7,350 nucleotides of DNA, taken from IMG/VR virus record IMGVR_UViG_2534681766_000002, one strand, 5' to 3'. Every line of letters begins with the position of its first letter. Position 1 is the stretch's first letter. Below the pieces are notes generated by a model. It searched no databases. It saw only the letters and a program-made list of their open reading frames with translations, and had not been told where the DNA came from. This document shows, piece after piece, positions 7,244 to 7,350 of the stretch. Made by a program: the position numbers and the translations under genes. The DNA comes from a virus (lineage: Duplodnaviria; Heunggongvirae; Uroviricota; Caudoviricetes).

Positions 7244-7350
7244 GCTATCGGGGCGATTAGCTGGCCGGTAGTGGCCGTGGTGGCCGCCATTGTCGCCGGG
7301 GCGTTACTTATCCGTAAATACTGGGAGCCTGTCAGCGCATTTTTTGGCGG
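7244..7350 (+). other. Hydrophobic reading frame with no start codon, running off the window end; likely displaced 3' part of holin gene Y (partial)
   Basis: The frame shifted +1 relative to Y encodes AIGAISWPVVAVVAAIVAGALLIRKYWEPVSAFFG with no stop to the window end and no ATG/GTG with an RBS. Joining it to Y codon 48 gives a continuous hydrophobic span followed by a charged stretch, as expected of a holin. Confidence 0.4.

Noticed and set aside
7161-7268. 8-bp inverted repeat CCGGCCAG / CTGGCCGG flanking ~92 bp, considered as a miniature transposable element within Y
   Set aside because: An 8-bp GC-rich palindromic pair can arise by chance; no target-site duplication is evident, and the segment content looks like a copy of a phage gene junction rather than a transposon. 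Kept as a note within the Y finding.
1-7350. Search for CRISPR repeats, tRNA/rRNA genes, integrase or attachment sites
   Set aside because: No regularly spaced direct repeats, no tRNA-like cloverleaf candidates and no recombinase-like ORF found by eye; in P2-type phages these would lie elsewhere.

Overview
This window is the cos-proximal late-gene block of a P2-type temperate phage, seen in circular or prophage form because the cos sequence is internal. In order: an AT-rich right-end flank (1..297), the 19-nt cos sequence (298..316), a minus-strand terminator, then Q (portal) and P (terminase large subunit) on the minus strand, a divergent late-promoter region, and on the plus strand O (scaffold/protease), N (major capsid), M (terminase small subunit), L (head completion), X (LysM-like tail protein) and the start of the lysis cassette (holin Y). 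I see no rRNA, tRNA, CRISPR array, or novel multi-gene system inside the window. Two things merit a second look: an in-frame TAG at codon 26 of O, between the catalytic Asp19 and His48, and an apparent ~85-100 bp interruption of holin gene Y. Both could be real lesions (defective or engineered prophage) or sequence/assembly errors, and neither can be settled without a reference alignment. The AT-rich left edge is the end of the right-arm variable region, so any accessory cargo lies upstream of this window. All protein identifications rest on recognising the translated sequences and gene order from memory of P2; no database search was run.
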